A stretch of 64,000 bases of DNA from Phoronis australis (GCA_002633005.1 NMRA01000195.1:127951-191950); one strand, 5' to 3'. Shown: positions 1 to 12,679, counted from the stretch's first letter. Translations and numbers: made by a program. The notes: a model not told the origin generated them from the sequence alone.

Positions 1-321
1 AGACATGGAGAAGTTTCATAGCGTCATACTTGGTAATAACAGCGAATTTTTCATTCTTCACTACCGCGAGCCATTTCCGAAGCTTTATGGGCTCTCGAGG
101 AAATCAAAAATGATATACCCGCTTTCCTTACAGATTCACGGTTAGCCATAGTGACACTCACTCTGCAGAAGAACCACTGACGTCACTGCGTCGTTTCTCA
201 CCTTCCTCACAGGTTAACGCGACGCATCTCGGCGAGGTAAGATCTACCGTATACGGGGTGATGTGGATATAGACCGATTCAGCCGCTAAAACAGACTAAT
301 AAAATTGGGTGGCATTTTCCT
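1..321 (-). mobile_element. Kolobok-like non-autonomous DNA transposon, copy 1 (cut by window start; degenerate THAP segment)
   Basis: Ends GGGTGGCATTTTCCT followed by TTAA (322-325). Collinear with 18400-18752 and 45630-45979, including the block TTCTCACCTTCCTCACAGGTTAACGCGAC. Strand is given by THAP ORF orientation. Confidence 0.8.
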
Positions 322-1253
322 TTAATTAAGTGCCTTCTGGCAATTAGGGTTGGAAGGTGAGCTCTCTTTTGTTCGAAAATTGCTCTAATCTCCGATAAGA
401 CCGTACATGTATCTTATATCTTCACTCGGTTGTGCGGTTATAAAATATTTGAACATAAACCGATGACATTTCTGAATTGCCCAAGAAAACTGATCAAGCT
501 TATACATGTACATGTAGATTTTGAATCACCAACATCGCCCAACTAAAATCGAAGTTAAGACAATCTATTCTATCCGAACGTACCAAAGTACTGGGTTTGA
601 CTGTTTTCACATGTGATCGGTTATAATTTATCTGCATGTTGTCCTACCAGACAAAAGAGTATACTCACACTGGAGCTAGATGATATAACACGGCTCAAAA
701 CAGCTGTACGGAACGGAAGAACGCCAAGATGATCTTTAAAAACATGCTTTTTATTTATATGACATCAAGGAGGTCATTTTCACAGTAGTTTATATTAAAT
801 TTAAACCCCATTAAAAGCGACCCGGATCATACTTTAATTTTACATAGTTACCCTGGGTCATTGTTCAATACTCAATGAAAAGGCTTGTTGGGGCACCACG
901 GAAGTTCGTCGCGAGTGATCGGCACGTCTCCTGGTTATAATGTATTTGCATCGAGCGGCACGAATTAAATGATAAGTTTGTGCGATCTTGAAAAACGAAA
1001 AAATATACCGCTCGCTGTGGATTGACAACCATGCAGCCGCTCAGGCCACTCGAGAATCTTCCACTGGTTGCGATCTTCTAATAGTTTGATATCTTCCCTA
1101 TAACCTGATTAAATCTTAGAAACGCATGTAAGTGATAAATCACATGTTTTGCATGTTTCTGGAAAACATTACACCCTTCGGCCTCTTTATTTGGTAGATC
1201 TCGCGCTTTGAAAGGAAAAATTTACCCCGTTTGTTTACACAACAGTTACTCCT

Positions 1254-1316
1254 GTCACGTGACTAGTAGCACTCTCCAATATGGCGTCAATTTGTCAGTT
1301 GCAATAGCGCATGCGC
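1254..1316. promoter_or_regulatory. Cluster of housekeeping-promoter-like motifs (E-box/CLEAR, YY1, NRF1)
   Basis: GTCACGTGAC at 1254-1263, AATATGGCG at 1278-1286 and GCGCATGCGC at 1307-1316, all within 63 bp. No transcript evidence; the motifs could be carried by a TE. Confidence 0.3.
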
Positions 1317-1760
1317 CCGGTCTATAGTATTAAGATGTCTATGTACCGGTATTTTTTAGACGCGCATTAATACACAAATCGTCAGAGGTCTTAGCGGCTT
1401 CGTCAGGAAATTGTGTGTTTATACCATGCAACGTAGCAGCAATAACAAACTAACCGCTAATCGGAAAATTGACATCCAAACAACGAATTATCAGACATAG
1501 CCTTCTGCTACTTGTACTTTTGGACCCTACTTTTATTTGAATATTGAACAGGCGTAGCACAGTCTCCTGACCCCAACAGAGACGGTTAATCTCCTATGGC
1601 TGCTTCATACGCTTCATACGCTAGACGCATTTTGGCGAATTACGAATACTACCGGTTAAAACCTCAAAGTCACGTTGTTACAATAGTCTTTGGGTATAAA
1701 AAGACACCTTGGGAGGCCATCATTATCTGTAAATCCTTCCAGCTATAGCAAATACTCCAG

Positions 1761-1918
1761 TAATCAAACTTTTTCTTCGAGTAGTCCTTCCTGACCATTT
1801 GCACACCGCGCATGCTCTTGATATTAGGTTACCGCGAGTAGCTCGCCCAGTGTCAAAAATGACCAGTTGCCATTTTGGGCAACTGAACGAAGGACTGCTC
1901 GAATAAATAGTTTGATTA
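1761..1918. mobile_element. Palindromic MITE-like element
   Basis: Imperfect 30-bp inverted arms TAATCAAACTTTTTCTTCGAGTAGTCCTTC / GAAGGACTGCTCGAATAAATAGTTTGATTA, with an internal hairpin CAGTTGCC..GGCAACTG. Confidence 0.5.
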
Positions 1919-2589
1919 TGGAAGTTTTTGTTTCAGCCTGCTCAGGTGTCCCGAGGCTATGTAAAAGTAGACCTACTTATAACAACGAGTCTGTTTTTGT
2001 TGTTTTAATTGTGTTGAAATGTTGTACGATATGTTTATGATGTGTGCTATATTTTTTGTTCAGTTGTCATTTGTAAGGTGTTTTTCAAGTTCTTTTTTGA
2101 CAGTAACTCCAGTACAGAATTATTGTGAGACCTGAGTGATTCGACATAAGGAGAGGATTTCTTCTAAATACCGCAATCCTTATACGACGGGGTTATTTTC
2201 TCTAGAGATGATAACGATTACCTTCCCTACATAGTTATTTTACGGCTGTATCATCAATATATTGTAACAGCGTGGTTATGGCGGCGCACAACATTTTCAG
2301 TGGTGACAGCAGTGGTAGTATTCTAAAATGGGATGAGAAAAGCAAAATGTTAATTTCATCAGAAACACGGTCTCGGTCGATACGCGGAATAATGTCAAGT
2401 GGGATATTATTCCATGTACGCCTAGCGAGTTACGTTTTGTATTTATCCCATACGCATCGAATTCGTGAGTTTCTTTTTGTTTTCTTTCGGCGTTTTATAA
2501 ATACTTCACCCCTACTGTTTACGTGGCTAATCACAACCTGATGTGTATATACGTGCGCGTCATGTTGCTAACTTACTATACAGAGGCAA

Positions 2590-4250
2590 AAGAAGTCAAG
2601 AGGTCTTATAACTTGGTCGAGGACAAGATGGATTGAAGAAGGTGAAAAGCCTTTAAAATATTTTCTTCACTTTAAAAAAGGGCATTTCAAAATAATTTAT
2701 GCCTTTTTGTGGAAATCTGACAATACTCCAAACTGAATGAGACAGAAAAAGAAAAATTAGGAGATCTTCTTTTATATGAAGAAGTCACACAATGCTTGAA
2801 AAAATGAAAAACAACAAGAGCCCAGGCTCTGATTGTTTTTCAGTGATTTTTTTTAAAATTTTTTTGGGCTGACACTAGACATTTCGTTGTTCGCTCACTT
2901 AATACTGATTTTGCTGTTGACCAGTTATTCTCAACATAGAAAGAGGGAGTGATCTCATGCATCCCTAAGGGAGCAGATAAAAGTAAACATTTGAAAAACT
3001 GGAGACCCATATCCTTACTCAATGTTACATATAAATTACATGTAGCTTCTTCGGAAGTGGCTGAACGGTTAAAGTCCGTTTTGGGAATAGTAATCAGTAA
3101 GAACCGGACAGGTTTCGTTTCTGGAAGAAATATGAACGAAAATATCCTCACCTTATGTGATTTAATGTTTTATGCCCAGCCAGCTAAAAGACCTGGATTG
3201 CTTTTATTGATTGATTTTGAGAAAGCACTTGATTCATTGTCGTGGAATTTTATTTAAGAAACTTTATCTTTCCTTAATTTTGGTTGGTCGATCAGAAGGT
3301 GGGTGAAAGTATTTTACAGTAATATTAAGTCCTGTGTTGTCGTAAATGGTCACCCATCTTCTTGGATCAATATTTGGCGTGGCTGCAGACAGTGTGACCC
3401 TTTGTCTCACTACATTTTTAAAGTTGTGCGCGGAGATTTTGGCGTATTTAATCAAGAATAATAAAAATATTGCTGGTGTAGTTGCATGGAATAAGGAATA
3501 TTTGATTTCGCTATTTACGGACGACACATCAATTATGTTGGATGGGTCGAATTTGTCATTGGCTAGCACCTTAAATGTATTACATTTGTTTGCTAGTGTC
3601 TCCGGTCTCCAAGTGAATGTGGATAAAACAAAAGCCATATGGTTTGGAACTAAAACTGGTAGTGATTACGTGATTCCTACAAAATAAATTCTTTCTTGGA
3701 CAAAAAAAAACGTTTAGATTTGTGGGGGTGGATTTTGACACTCAATTGGATAGTATGACGCATAAAAACTTCACTGCAAGAATAACTGAGATCAAGTATT
3801 TACTAAAAAGTCGGAGCTGACGAAATTCAACGCTGTTTGGTAGATTGTCGCATTCAGCTTCCCAACCGTCTCTCTTACGATAGTGTTATTCTTGGACTTT
3901 ACAAGACGCATGATTTTCCTTTAACATTTGCTTCTACTAGCTAAACAGTGCAATTACAAGGCGAGATGTCACAAAAATATTCCTAATTTTCACAAGTTCT
4001 TTACATACATGTATACTTATCAGTACTATAATGCTGAAAAAATAATTGCATATAAAAACTTTGTATATCACAGCTTCTCTGCGAAATGGGAAAAGTTTAT
4101 TGTTCCTGTTAACTACATCTAGAATATATTTACTTTAAACAAGATACGAGAATGGTCTTCCTGTGGTGTCCATGCGTGAATGAATGGTGTACTAATTTGT
4201 TTGTTTGTTATTGTAATTGTTTGTAAATGATAATAAATACCTAAAAAAAC
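2590..4250 (+). mobile_element. Decayed L1/Tx1-clade LINE (ORF2 reverse transcriptase, 5'-truncated, frameshifted, internally deleted)
   Basis: Motifs across frames: RTRWIEEGEKP, NNKSPGSD, KNWRPISLLNVTYK, GFVSGRNMNENIL, LLIDFEKALDSLSWNFI, RGCRQCDPLS, SLFTDDT, SGLQVNVDKT, C-terminal LLLAKQ..YK. Ends with AATAAA and a short A-run at ~4231-4249. Confidence 0.92.
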
Positions 4251-4379
4251 TTACTCTAGTAAAATAAAACAGTTTTAAATGTAACAGCTTATTACTTGAA
4301 ATTGATAAAAACTGTGAAAACGACAGTGCATTGAACTTGTATCATGTTTCAAAAATAAATAAATAATAAGAATATTTAA

Positions 4380-4800
4380 AACATTGCGACATCCTCATCG
4401 TGTAGCTGCACTCATTCAAGAATCTAGGTGATTGACTGGAGCGCGTAGCCTACACGTTGTCGCATATCTACGGATTCTGTAGCCTTGGTACAAAGCTGTA
4501 CAATATATTAAATATACGATAGTCTGTTGATACAGCTAGCTGGCTGGCCACGGATTCTGTAGCATGGGTAGGCTCATGTGTTGCTGGGACAGTCGTCGTT
4601 GCTGCTCGTGTAATACTGTCGCCGATAGTATCGGGTGCTGTCATGGCCATGCAGTGACAACAATTATGTTTGTTATTGGTGAGGAATCGGTGCCCGAGTT
4701 GCAGACGATATATCTTAGCAATTGAAACTGAGACAGGACTGTCGTATAACTAACAGTCCTGTTCCAGGTGTTTCGATTGAGAGCTGGTTGCATGTCTAGT
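4380..4800 (-). mobile_element. Possible 3' remnant of an I/Nimb-like LINE
   Basis: The minus frame reads MQPALN..AKIYRLQLGHRFLTNNKHNCCHC...DTIG, resembling the RLRxGH/zinc-knuckle C-terminus of I-group ORF2. Short and degenerate. Confidence 0.3.
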
Positions 4801-6007
4801 GGTATTTACACTGCTGCAATTGTATTACTTTAAGCTATTTTACGAAAGTTTTATGATTTAACCGGCTAAATAATGACGTCGAGTCGACATTGACCTACCT
4901 TTTGAACCTTCAATGTCAGAGGTCACTGGTGAAGTAATGAGGGAGGTGAATACGGAAAACATATTTACGTGGCCGTATTTCCCTCGACAGATTCAACGCG
5001 TATGGGATAAAAGGCTTGTTAACAGAATACGATAGGCATGACTACCGCTGTTTGATATCCATGTTAAGTAAACCACAAACTCTGTTGGTGCGCGTTTTAG
5101 AAAGACACCTTAGCAAATAACGCGTTACCAAAACAACCTCTTGAAAAAATAGCACAGCATCAATACCATTTACTTAAAAAACATAACTTTTCAAGAAATT
5201 TTAATTCCATGTGTGCCTAGTATTAAAATATTTGAACATTGCAATTGACCAAGAATTTACGATGAATGGATAAAATTGAATTCCAATAATGGTGTATTTT
5301 GATCAGTATTCAACTTTTGAATTTTACATATCTTAATGAGGCAAGGATCGTAGGAGGCAAGGCCGAAATTTGTTTAGGCCAGAGTTTGACAAAGTTGTAA
5401 TTGTCTCACTGGGTGGTTTCCCCTTTTACTAATAAGTTATCTATCCAAAAGTCCGCAAAGACTAATCCGGAATTGGGTTTAGTTATACAGTATCTTAATT
5501 TCCCCATCTATGTTTTCTCACGACTCTTACTCGACTAGACAATTTGTTAACATGATAGTGCCTCCCATCCCACCATCGCCCATTTGGAAGAGAATGAACG
5601 CTTGAATTCACTTCTACTTTATTATAATCATCGAAACGGGCAAGTGCTTGTATTCATGAGTAATTTTACATTCTACAACTAAATGGCGGTGTCATTTATT
5701 GAAACGTTTCTGTTTAATACTATTTTTAATGTTTTACTTGAATGAGCACATTAGCTCTTACGTCATGTTTTTGTTTATCAGCTATCGAAACGAAAGATGT
5801 CATCTGAGTAATCCTTAGAAAAATAAATCACCTTTCGTTTCTTGTTTGATGTATTTTTGTGGATAATATTGACTTGTCTGAATTTCATGTTATATTGGAC
5901 GAGAGATCTTCTTGAACGGTCCATGGTCATCAAGAACTTCAGATTGTCTTGGTATTATATGATTCAGAACTATACAGCAGAGAACACGGCTAAGCGAAAC
6001 TCTCCAA

Positions 6008-6163
6008 ATGGGATGTTTACGAATTATGTCGAACAGGACAACGCAGCGGAATTCAAACAACGAAGATTCCAAAGAGGAGGAAGCGCAACCACCTCTACCA
6101 GCAAGAACACGAAATTACTTCATCTGTAAATTAGTGGCTTATATTATGTTCTCCTTTTTGGTG
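6008..6163 (+). CDS. MFSD4/NaGLT1-like MFS transporter, exon 1 (alternative ATG at 6026)
   Basis: Hydrophilic N-terminus followed by TM1 (FICKLVAYIMFSFLV). Donor GTG|GTAAGT at 6163/6164 is phase 0 and matches exon 2. Confidence 0.7.
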
Positions 6164-7512
6164 GTAAGTTTGACAGGGGGTGTAACTTCCGTAAAAAACG
6201 AGAAATGGATTAAAGATAACCGCATAACCGGATACATGTATCTACCTAGCGCAAGAATTTGCAGACCACCGCTCATGACCACCATACTATCCTAATGTTT
6301 ATAAATGTCAGAAAGAACAGTTAGAAAATGCCTCCCCCCCAATAAACGTGCAGGTTTACACCTATCTAATGGTATTTGGAGCACCTGTTGCGTTGTTGTC
6401 ACGGTCAACATCCAGGAATGAAAAATGAGCAACTGGATTAAAAATTGGGGGTTTGCGTTAAGAAACAGGACATCTGGGTCTGAGCAAAAATGCAAGTTGT
6501 GAAATATTTTCCGCAACAAACAAAAAGCGTAGACAGGGCATTTTGGAGCTGGACACGTAACACGCAAAACGTCCGACGGTGTTTTTTTTTGTTTTTTGTC
6601 GAAGTCATTGAGAAATTGTGAGTGAAGAAAAAAAATCAATGAAACGCCCTGTTTAATTTTGAATTCAAAACGGATAACATGAGTTTGCCGCGTGGCAAAA
6701 TATAATGGTATGTGGTGATATGTCGATTTCGCCGTGTGTCATAAGCGGGACATTTTGATGGTGTGGGTGGAGGACTAGAAGACCGTTCGCCAAAAGGGGG
6801 TTGCTAACTACACTGGACTTTGTCAGCAAGACAAAGTATTGGGATTGCATTATTTTACAAGATAAATTTTTCATCTCTTAAAATTTTATTTCACTGGCTT
6901 TGATAAGTACTACATATAAGTTTTGGGCTACTTGTCACAATTCGATTTAACTAAAAATAGCACCTGGGCAGTGCGAAAACATTGAAACAAATAAATATTA
7001 TGCCACGTCTCTCCGTAAAATACTGTACTGTAATATGACTTTAGCACCCGCAAACGTCTTGTTGAGAACGTAGTTTGATTAGCTGTGGAGCTGAAAAGAC
7101 GTAAGAGTGCTTCCGTCATCCAGTCAGGGCTTCAGGTCAGTGCTTACAAAGAATGACTATTGTTTGTTGCCTAATTTTGCCGAGAAATCATTGGTTGTCT
7201 GGAACCGTGTCTCAAGAGCCAAGCTTGATGAACAAAAATGACGAAATGTAAATGAAGCAAAAGAATTATGTTTGCTTTGATAACTAAAAGGCTCGATCAC
7301 AACTCACTCTACTAGATAGGCGGAAATTCAAAGAGCAAGCTCATGGAGCCCTTCTCAGGGTCGCAAGTTCTAACCATAGAACACATAGGCCAAGTGCAGG
7401 AGTTGGCATTCCAGGTCTGTAGTGTAACTGTTACTGAAGTTATATGTAAGCGTATCGATTTTGTCGTGGTTACCATTCCTGATGTCTCATTCTGATTTTC
7501 GTTCATCCCAAG

Positions 7513-7670
7513 GCATGTGCGGAGACGAACACTGGCATCTGTTTACCGGATCTTATCGTACAATCCAAAGCCAACTACGCAACCATGGCGACCACCATGT
7601 CAGTCGGTCAACTGAATTTCCTACTTATTGCGCCTTTGGTGACTTTTTTGATGAGCAAGTTTCCTAAAAG
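7513..7670 (+). CDS. MFSD4/NaGLT1-like MFS transporter, exon 2
   Basis: Acceptor CCCAAG|GCA. Reads ACAETNTGICLPDLIVQSKANYATMATTMSVGQLNFLLIAPLVTFLMSKFPK, similar to the GPTLLDL/TM2 region of MFSD4. Donor AG|GTGAGT, phase 2. Confidence 0.75.
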
Positions 7671-7849
7671 GTGAGTTTACTTCTCTCTTTTCTATTTTAC
7701 AGTGCTTTATACTATAAGTCCGCAAATGCACGGACCAGCTCTAACCTAACAGTTACAACGCATTCTATTTTCATGGAGCACTACCGAAATTGTGCGTGAA
7801 TTGTTTTTTATGCACTCACATACATGTAGTTGTATGTGGGTGCATTGTG

Positions 7850-8290
7850 CCAACCATGTCTGTCACACTATTGGTGAGATTTGGCAGCTGTGTTCCTGAA
7901 AAACTGACGACCGAGGACAACGAATTTCTTGAGGATCCGACTACCAGTGCGCCCCTTTGTGGCAATTCCATTTTTTTACGTTTACCTTTGTAACGGTATG
8001 TTGAAAGGTTGTCAACGTTTTTTCATGAAATTTGGCATATAGGCATATGACGATATTCTCTCGCTTTCTGATGAATTTGGGGTATCTAGTTGTCATTTTA
8101 CTGTTTTGGAACCAACTAGTGCTGAGCCCCCTAGTGGCAGTGTTTTGTTCATTGTTCTTTGTACCTTTGAATCTCGTTGATTTTTAGGGAATTTAATAAA
8201 TGGTTTTCTATTAAGGATACGACGACACCTCTTCATTTCCAGACGGATTTGATGTAGTCTGCGCCACTTTGTAGCCATTTTAACAAAGTT
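7850..8290 (+). mobile_element. Fragment of the HINE/Helentron-associated central repeat (same family as 33985-35288), in MFS intron 2
   Basis: Shares GAAATTTGGCAYATAGGCAT, TTTCAGACGGATTTGA-like, GGAATACGACGAC-like and GCCCCCTAGTGG motifs with 34230-35050. Confidence 0.65.
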
Positions 8291-9246
8291 TGAGCACGCT
8301 TTTGACATCAACCTCATCATCCACTATACCTCTTGAAGGACCATTATTAGAATTGAGACCCGCTTTCCTGATCCGAATACCGAGGCTGACGGTGATTTTC
8401 GGACGTGTTGAACTATTCTGGCTCCTCCTAGTGACGAGTTTTCTTGACTCCACGGCTGTATCCCCCTGCTCTTTGCAAGATCTTCCTGAAATTTAGCAGA
8501 TCTGTTCATATGGAGATGTCTTCTGATGACGGCCAGTTTCGGATCAATCCAAGTACAGCTCTGCTCCCCAATGGTAATTTGCTTTGTCTTTGCCTCTGTC
8601 ATTTCCGAGGTCGTTGCTGCTTTTTCATGGAACTGGACAAACGAATTTTTATCATGAAGACGACAGCATCTTTCTATTTTGTGATGAATTTGACCTACAG
8701 TGTATTCTGCAACAACTATTGGTCATTTTAATTATTTTTAGTCTGTAATTAGTCTTTTGCTTCTCTATCTGTCAAGCCATGAAGATTACCATATGGAAAT
8801 TGGCCGATGTGTCGAATGACTGACTTGGGCGTTCAAACTATTTTGGTGCACCCTTGTGACACTTAATGGCATCAAAAGCTTTATATCCAAAGCCCCTTAC
8901 AAGATGGAAACAAACATTTTGCGAACAGATGACCTTTGCACTAATGACGTACTTTGCAGGCTTCCCGTGGCAGCATCATGAAGGGCTCCTCCCCAGCACG
9001 ACGCCAGGTAGTTGCGACAGACCCTTTTCCCAACAAAAGTCGTTCTTAACATCATTTGGCAATTATCAACCTATTTTATATTCATATTCCAGGCCATATG
9101 TTATGTTTCTACAGTAACTATTGCAGCCAAACAATCCCAGGGATAATGAATTAGCCTGCAAGTTACATTTTAACATTACTTTCAAATTTGTTGTGTTACA
9201 TATCTCCCTCTCCTTCCCCCCTCCCCCTGCCCCTTCTTTCCTCCCC

Positions 9247-9256
9247 NNNNNNNNNN

Positions 9257-9286
<30 letters not shown>
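9247..9286. repeat. (TC)n microsatellite next to a 10-N assembly gap
   Basis: N at 9247-9256, followed by ~15 TC units. Confidence 0.95.
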
Positions 9287-9292
<6 letters not shown>

Positions 9293-9356
9293 TATGTGCT
9301 AATGCATGCGCGTGTACTTGTTTCCCCCTGTATGTGTCCATATATTGTTGTTTCAG

Positions 9357-9490
9357 TAGTAACTTGGTGGTTGCTGGTGGCTGCATTGCTGGTGGTCTTT
9401 TTTACGCAATGTTACCTTTTGCGCCATGTGTTGAGGTGCTTGGTGTACTAGTATTCGTCGGCGCGTCTCCTGGTACACTCCTCTACATTC
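9357..9490 (+). CDS. MFSD4/NaGLT1-like MFS transporter, exon 3
   Basis: Acceptor TTGTTTCAG|T completes the phase-2 codon. Reads SNLVVAGGCIAGGLFYAMLPFAPCVEVLGVLVFVGASPGTLLYI (two TM helices). Donor C|GTAAGT, phase 1. Confidence 0.8.
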
Positions 9491-10388
9491 GTAAGTGTGC
9501 GACATCAACGTTAAGTGGATAATAACGGCGTACGGTGTGGAATTGCATCTGCGTGAACTTTACTTCCATCGACGTGGCCACATACGTAAATACGTCTTCA
9601 CTATTTCATGGTGCCGCATTAATTTTTCCACCTAGTGGTACAGTTGCAAAGCAATTCGATAAAAGCTACAAACGTATTTTTTAATTTAAGCTCATTTGTT
9701 TACAATTTTGTTGCCATCTACTAAATGAATCGAACTTAAGACATGGTCAATTATCTCTTCAAAAGCGGCCTTTACGTGTCATATGCCTCTTGAGACTTTC
9801 AAATAGAAAATCGTCAACATTTTTCAGTTTGCACTTCTAAATGTGTTCTTTTTAATGTCATTGTGTTGAGTTATCCCACAACTCCAACTGAATTTTGAAA
9901 CCAAGGATGTCACGACTAAGAATGTGCGCAGTCTGGGGTCAGTTAGTATATTTCTGTATTTTACACTAACCAGCTATTGGCCCAAGACAGTGCAACCATA
10001 TTCTGTGTCAGGAAAGTGTCACTAGGTGTAACTTTCCTGAATTAATGAGAGCCCTGTCAATTTGAGCTGTCAAATGCGTCACCCCTTTTCCCACGCCGCC
10101 GCCTTGTTAAGCCCCTACATCCACCGTTGAAATTTTCGAGCTACATTCGGTAACCGCATTCTTTGGGCTATTTCCTGGTTGTTACAATTTCTCTTAATCT
10201 ATGAGTCCCAGGACTTATGATGCGGGCTCTACTTTGCATGGTGCATAAATTGAAGCTTAATGGATAATCCAACATTCAGTTTAATCTATGAGACCCGGGG
10301 GGTATTACTCAGGGATTTGTTTTGTTTTGTGCTGAATTTTAATTGGAACTTCAACTTTCAATATATTTATAACATGTTTTTGTTTCAG

Positions 10389-11455
10389 TGGAACCTTACG
10401 CAATTAGTTCCATGTGGGGAGATCGAGCGGCGTTTCCGTTGCATCTCGTCTCATTGGGTTATCCCGTGGGCCAAGCACTTACACCACTCATAACAAAATC
10501 TTTCGTTTCCGATTCCCGGATACAACGGGAAGCAAATGACAGTTTTTTTAACAGGTCTTTGGAGCAAGTGAACGTCCACAATTTTACAGAATGGTCTGAA
10601 CCGGCACGTATAGAGATACCCTTCACACTTTTTGCAACTCTACTCGCATTAGTTGGGACATGTTTTCTAATTTTCGATTTTCTTGAACGACGTATTTTTC
10701 CGATTCCCGACAATCGGTTACACAGCGAAGACTCATCGAAAGGCAAATCAAAATTCAGTTTCCTGGAAATTACTTCCCCACGGAATTGGGCTGGCGGTGA
10801 TTTAGCATTTGGATTGCTCGTGCTTATTGGAGGATCGGCATTTTTCTGTTGTCTGTATGGCCACGCATCTTCACTTTCCCTCTGGGGCTTTTCGTTCGCA
10901 ACAGGATCCAACTTGAACTTTGACAAAGATGAAGCCGCGTATCTAATATCAACCGCAAATCTCCTACGTCTGGTGTCGCGTGCCGTGGCTTCGCTGTGCA
11001 GTTTGTTCGTTCCAGTGCATGCCATGCTCTTCACCGAAGTCATTGCAACGACTATGTCATGCGCACTGCTATCATTTGGTCTGACGTCTCGTACAACATT
11101 ATGGATATACCTTTGTGCTTACAGATTTTTCGCCTCGCCCATCTGGTTTACCATGATGTCGTGGTTGAATAATTATGTCAGCCTTTCTGTAGGTTTCCTT
11201 GGCTGGATAGCTGTTATAACCAGCATAGTCGACATTGGTACGGATAATCTGATTGGCTACCTACTGCAGAATATGGGCCAAATGTCGTTAATGTATGTTT
11301 GTCTGGGATTAGCTTGTTCTGGATTGTTATCTGCAGTACTTCTACAGATCCTGGCAAGTCACCATGCCTCTCAACTTCGGGAGAAATCTCGGGTTGAAAA
11401 ATCTGTATCGGTACATCATTCGAAAGAATCCGTAGCTTTTCTGGAAGAAATATGA
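10389..11455 (+). CDS. MFSD4/NaGLT1-like (sodium-dependent glucose transporter 1-like) MFS transporter, last exon; whole protein ~504 aa
   Basis: Acceptor TTTTTGTTTCAG|TG completes the phase-1 codon. Contains MWGDRAAFPLHLVSLGYPVGQALTPLITKSF (MFSD4-type TM5 region) and further hydrophobic helices. Stop TGA at 11453-11455. Confidence 0.88.
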
Positions 11456-11544
11456 TGGGTAAATTAGATAGCGTTATTGCCAATAAGCACCTGATTATCT
11501 TAGTCCCAACAGTGCTGGGGGACGAACGTACTGAGGCGACAAAT

Positions 11545-11848
11545 GCACAATGAACTGTTCATAGTGGTGATGGGGTTGATATATATGTAGAGCTGCGTTC
11601 TTATAACCTTCAGTATTAATAAATTTCCCAGGTTACTTTAACTTAGTTGTAATGTTCTAGCCAAACTCGTAATAGGTTCACAGAGTGACGAAAGCACAAT
11701 AAACTGTTCATTTTGGGTAATGGAGTTGTTAATGCGCATCGTTATCACAGTCTCCAATTTTGATAAAATACCCAAGTTTCTACATGTATAACTTTGCTGT
11801 TATGCTCTAACCAACATCAAACTCGTATTAGGTTTACGTGAGTGACTG
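11545..11848. repeat. Diverged ~150-bp tandem duplication just 3' of the MFS gene
   Basis: Units start with GCACAAT(G/A)AACTGTTCAT at 11545 and 11694. Both contain CAAACTCGTA(A/T)TAGGTT..GAGTGAC. Confidence 0.75.
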
Positions 11849-12679
11849 AATCGAAAATGGCAGCAGTCTAGCCAGACCATGGAGCTGTCCGCGATGGGGC
11901 AATTTTCGTCAGCAGTTGGTTTGTTTTCTTACCGCCTAAGTCGCTTGAAAACGAAAACTGTTGTCAAAACACGTCCAGTATCAGTCAGACGTGACGATAG
12001 AATCGATAGCACTCTTACCTGTGCGCATATAGATACAGTATATATCATTTGAAATGGAAGTATGGCCAAGAAACTAGCTTTTCAGTAACTCCTGAGTTCA
12101 AAAAACTCAAGCGATCCTTCTGGGTTTTTGCTGCTCGCAAGAGTACTTCTGGGCTATTGATCCAGCTCACCTATCATTCACGGAAGGGGCAACGGGGGTT
12201 TTGGAGAGAAGCCTTCTCCAGACGATCAAAACTCGTTATTAACAAAGTTCCCAAGAATACACTTGCACGTTTAGTACGTAGTTTATAAGTTGGAAAAACA
12301 ATTCTCAAAGATTATGTTTGCCACTTAGTGTCGGTGCAGCCAGTGAATTAACAGGAAAGTACATGTAGGCCCGACTGTGTCTCTGCAATTTCAAGGATTT
12401 CTGCTTCGTGAATTATTTGGTGCTTCTCAAACAAAGAGAGGTTTTGTGCCACCTGGAACAATGATGAAACGATGAATTAGTGTGTGAGTGTCTGAATTAC
12501 TTCTAATATAAGGATCACGATTCCGAGCTACTTGAAATTACATGCTTCACGTTTTGAGTCAACTAAGGGCAACCTACCGACACTAGAAAAAAATGGATTG
12601 AACTTGAGTGCAAGGAAAAATTCATTGTTTTTGTGGCAAAACAGAGCTACTGTAGTGTATCACAGAGTTAGAGACAATT

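Noticed and set aside
8522-8560. CTGATGA motifs as hammerhead ribozyme cores (also ~8070, ~26795, ~34664, ~58573)
   Set aside because: I found no correctly placed GAAA with a closing stem II and flanking helices.
10459-11043. 194-aa antisense ORF
   Set aside because: Shadow of the MFS transporter exon on the opposite strand.
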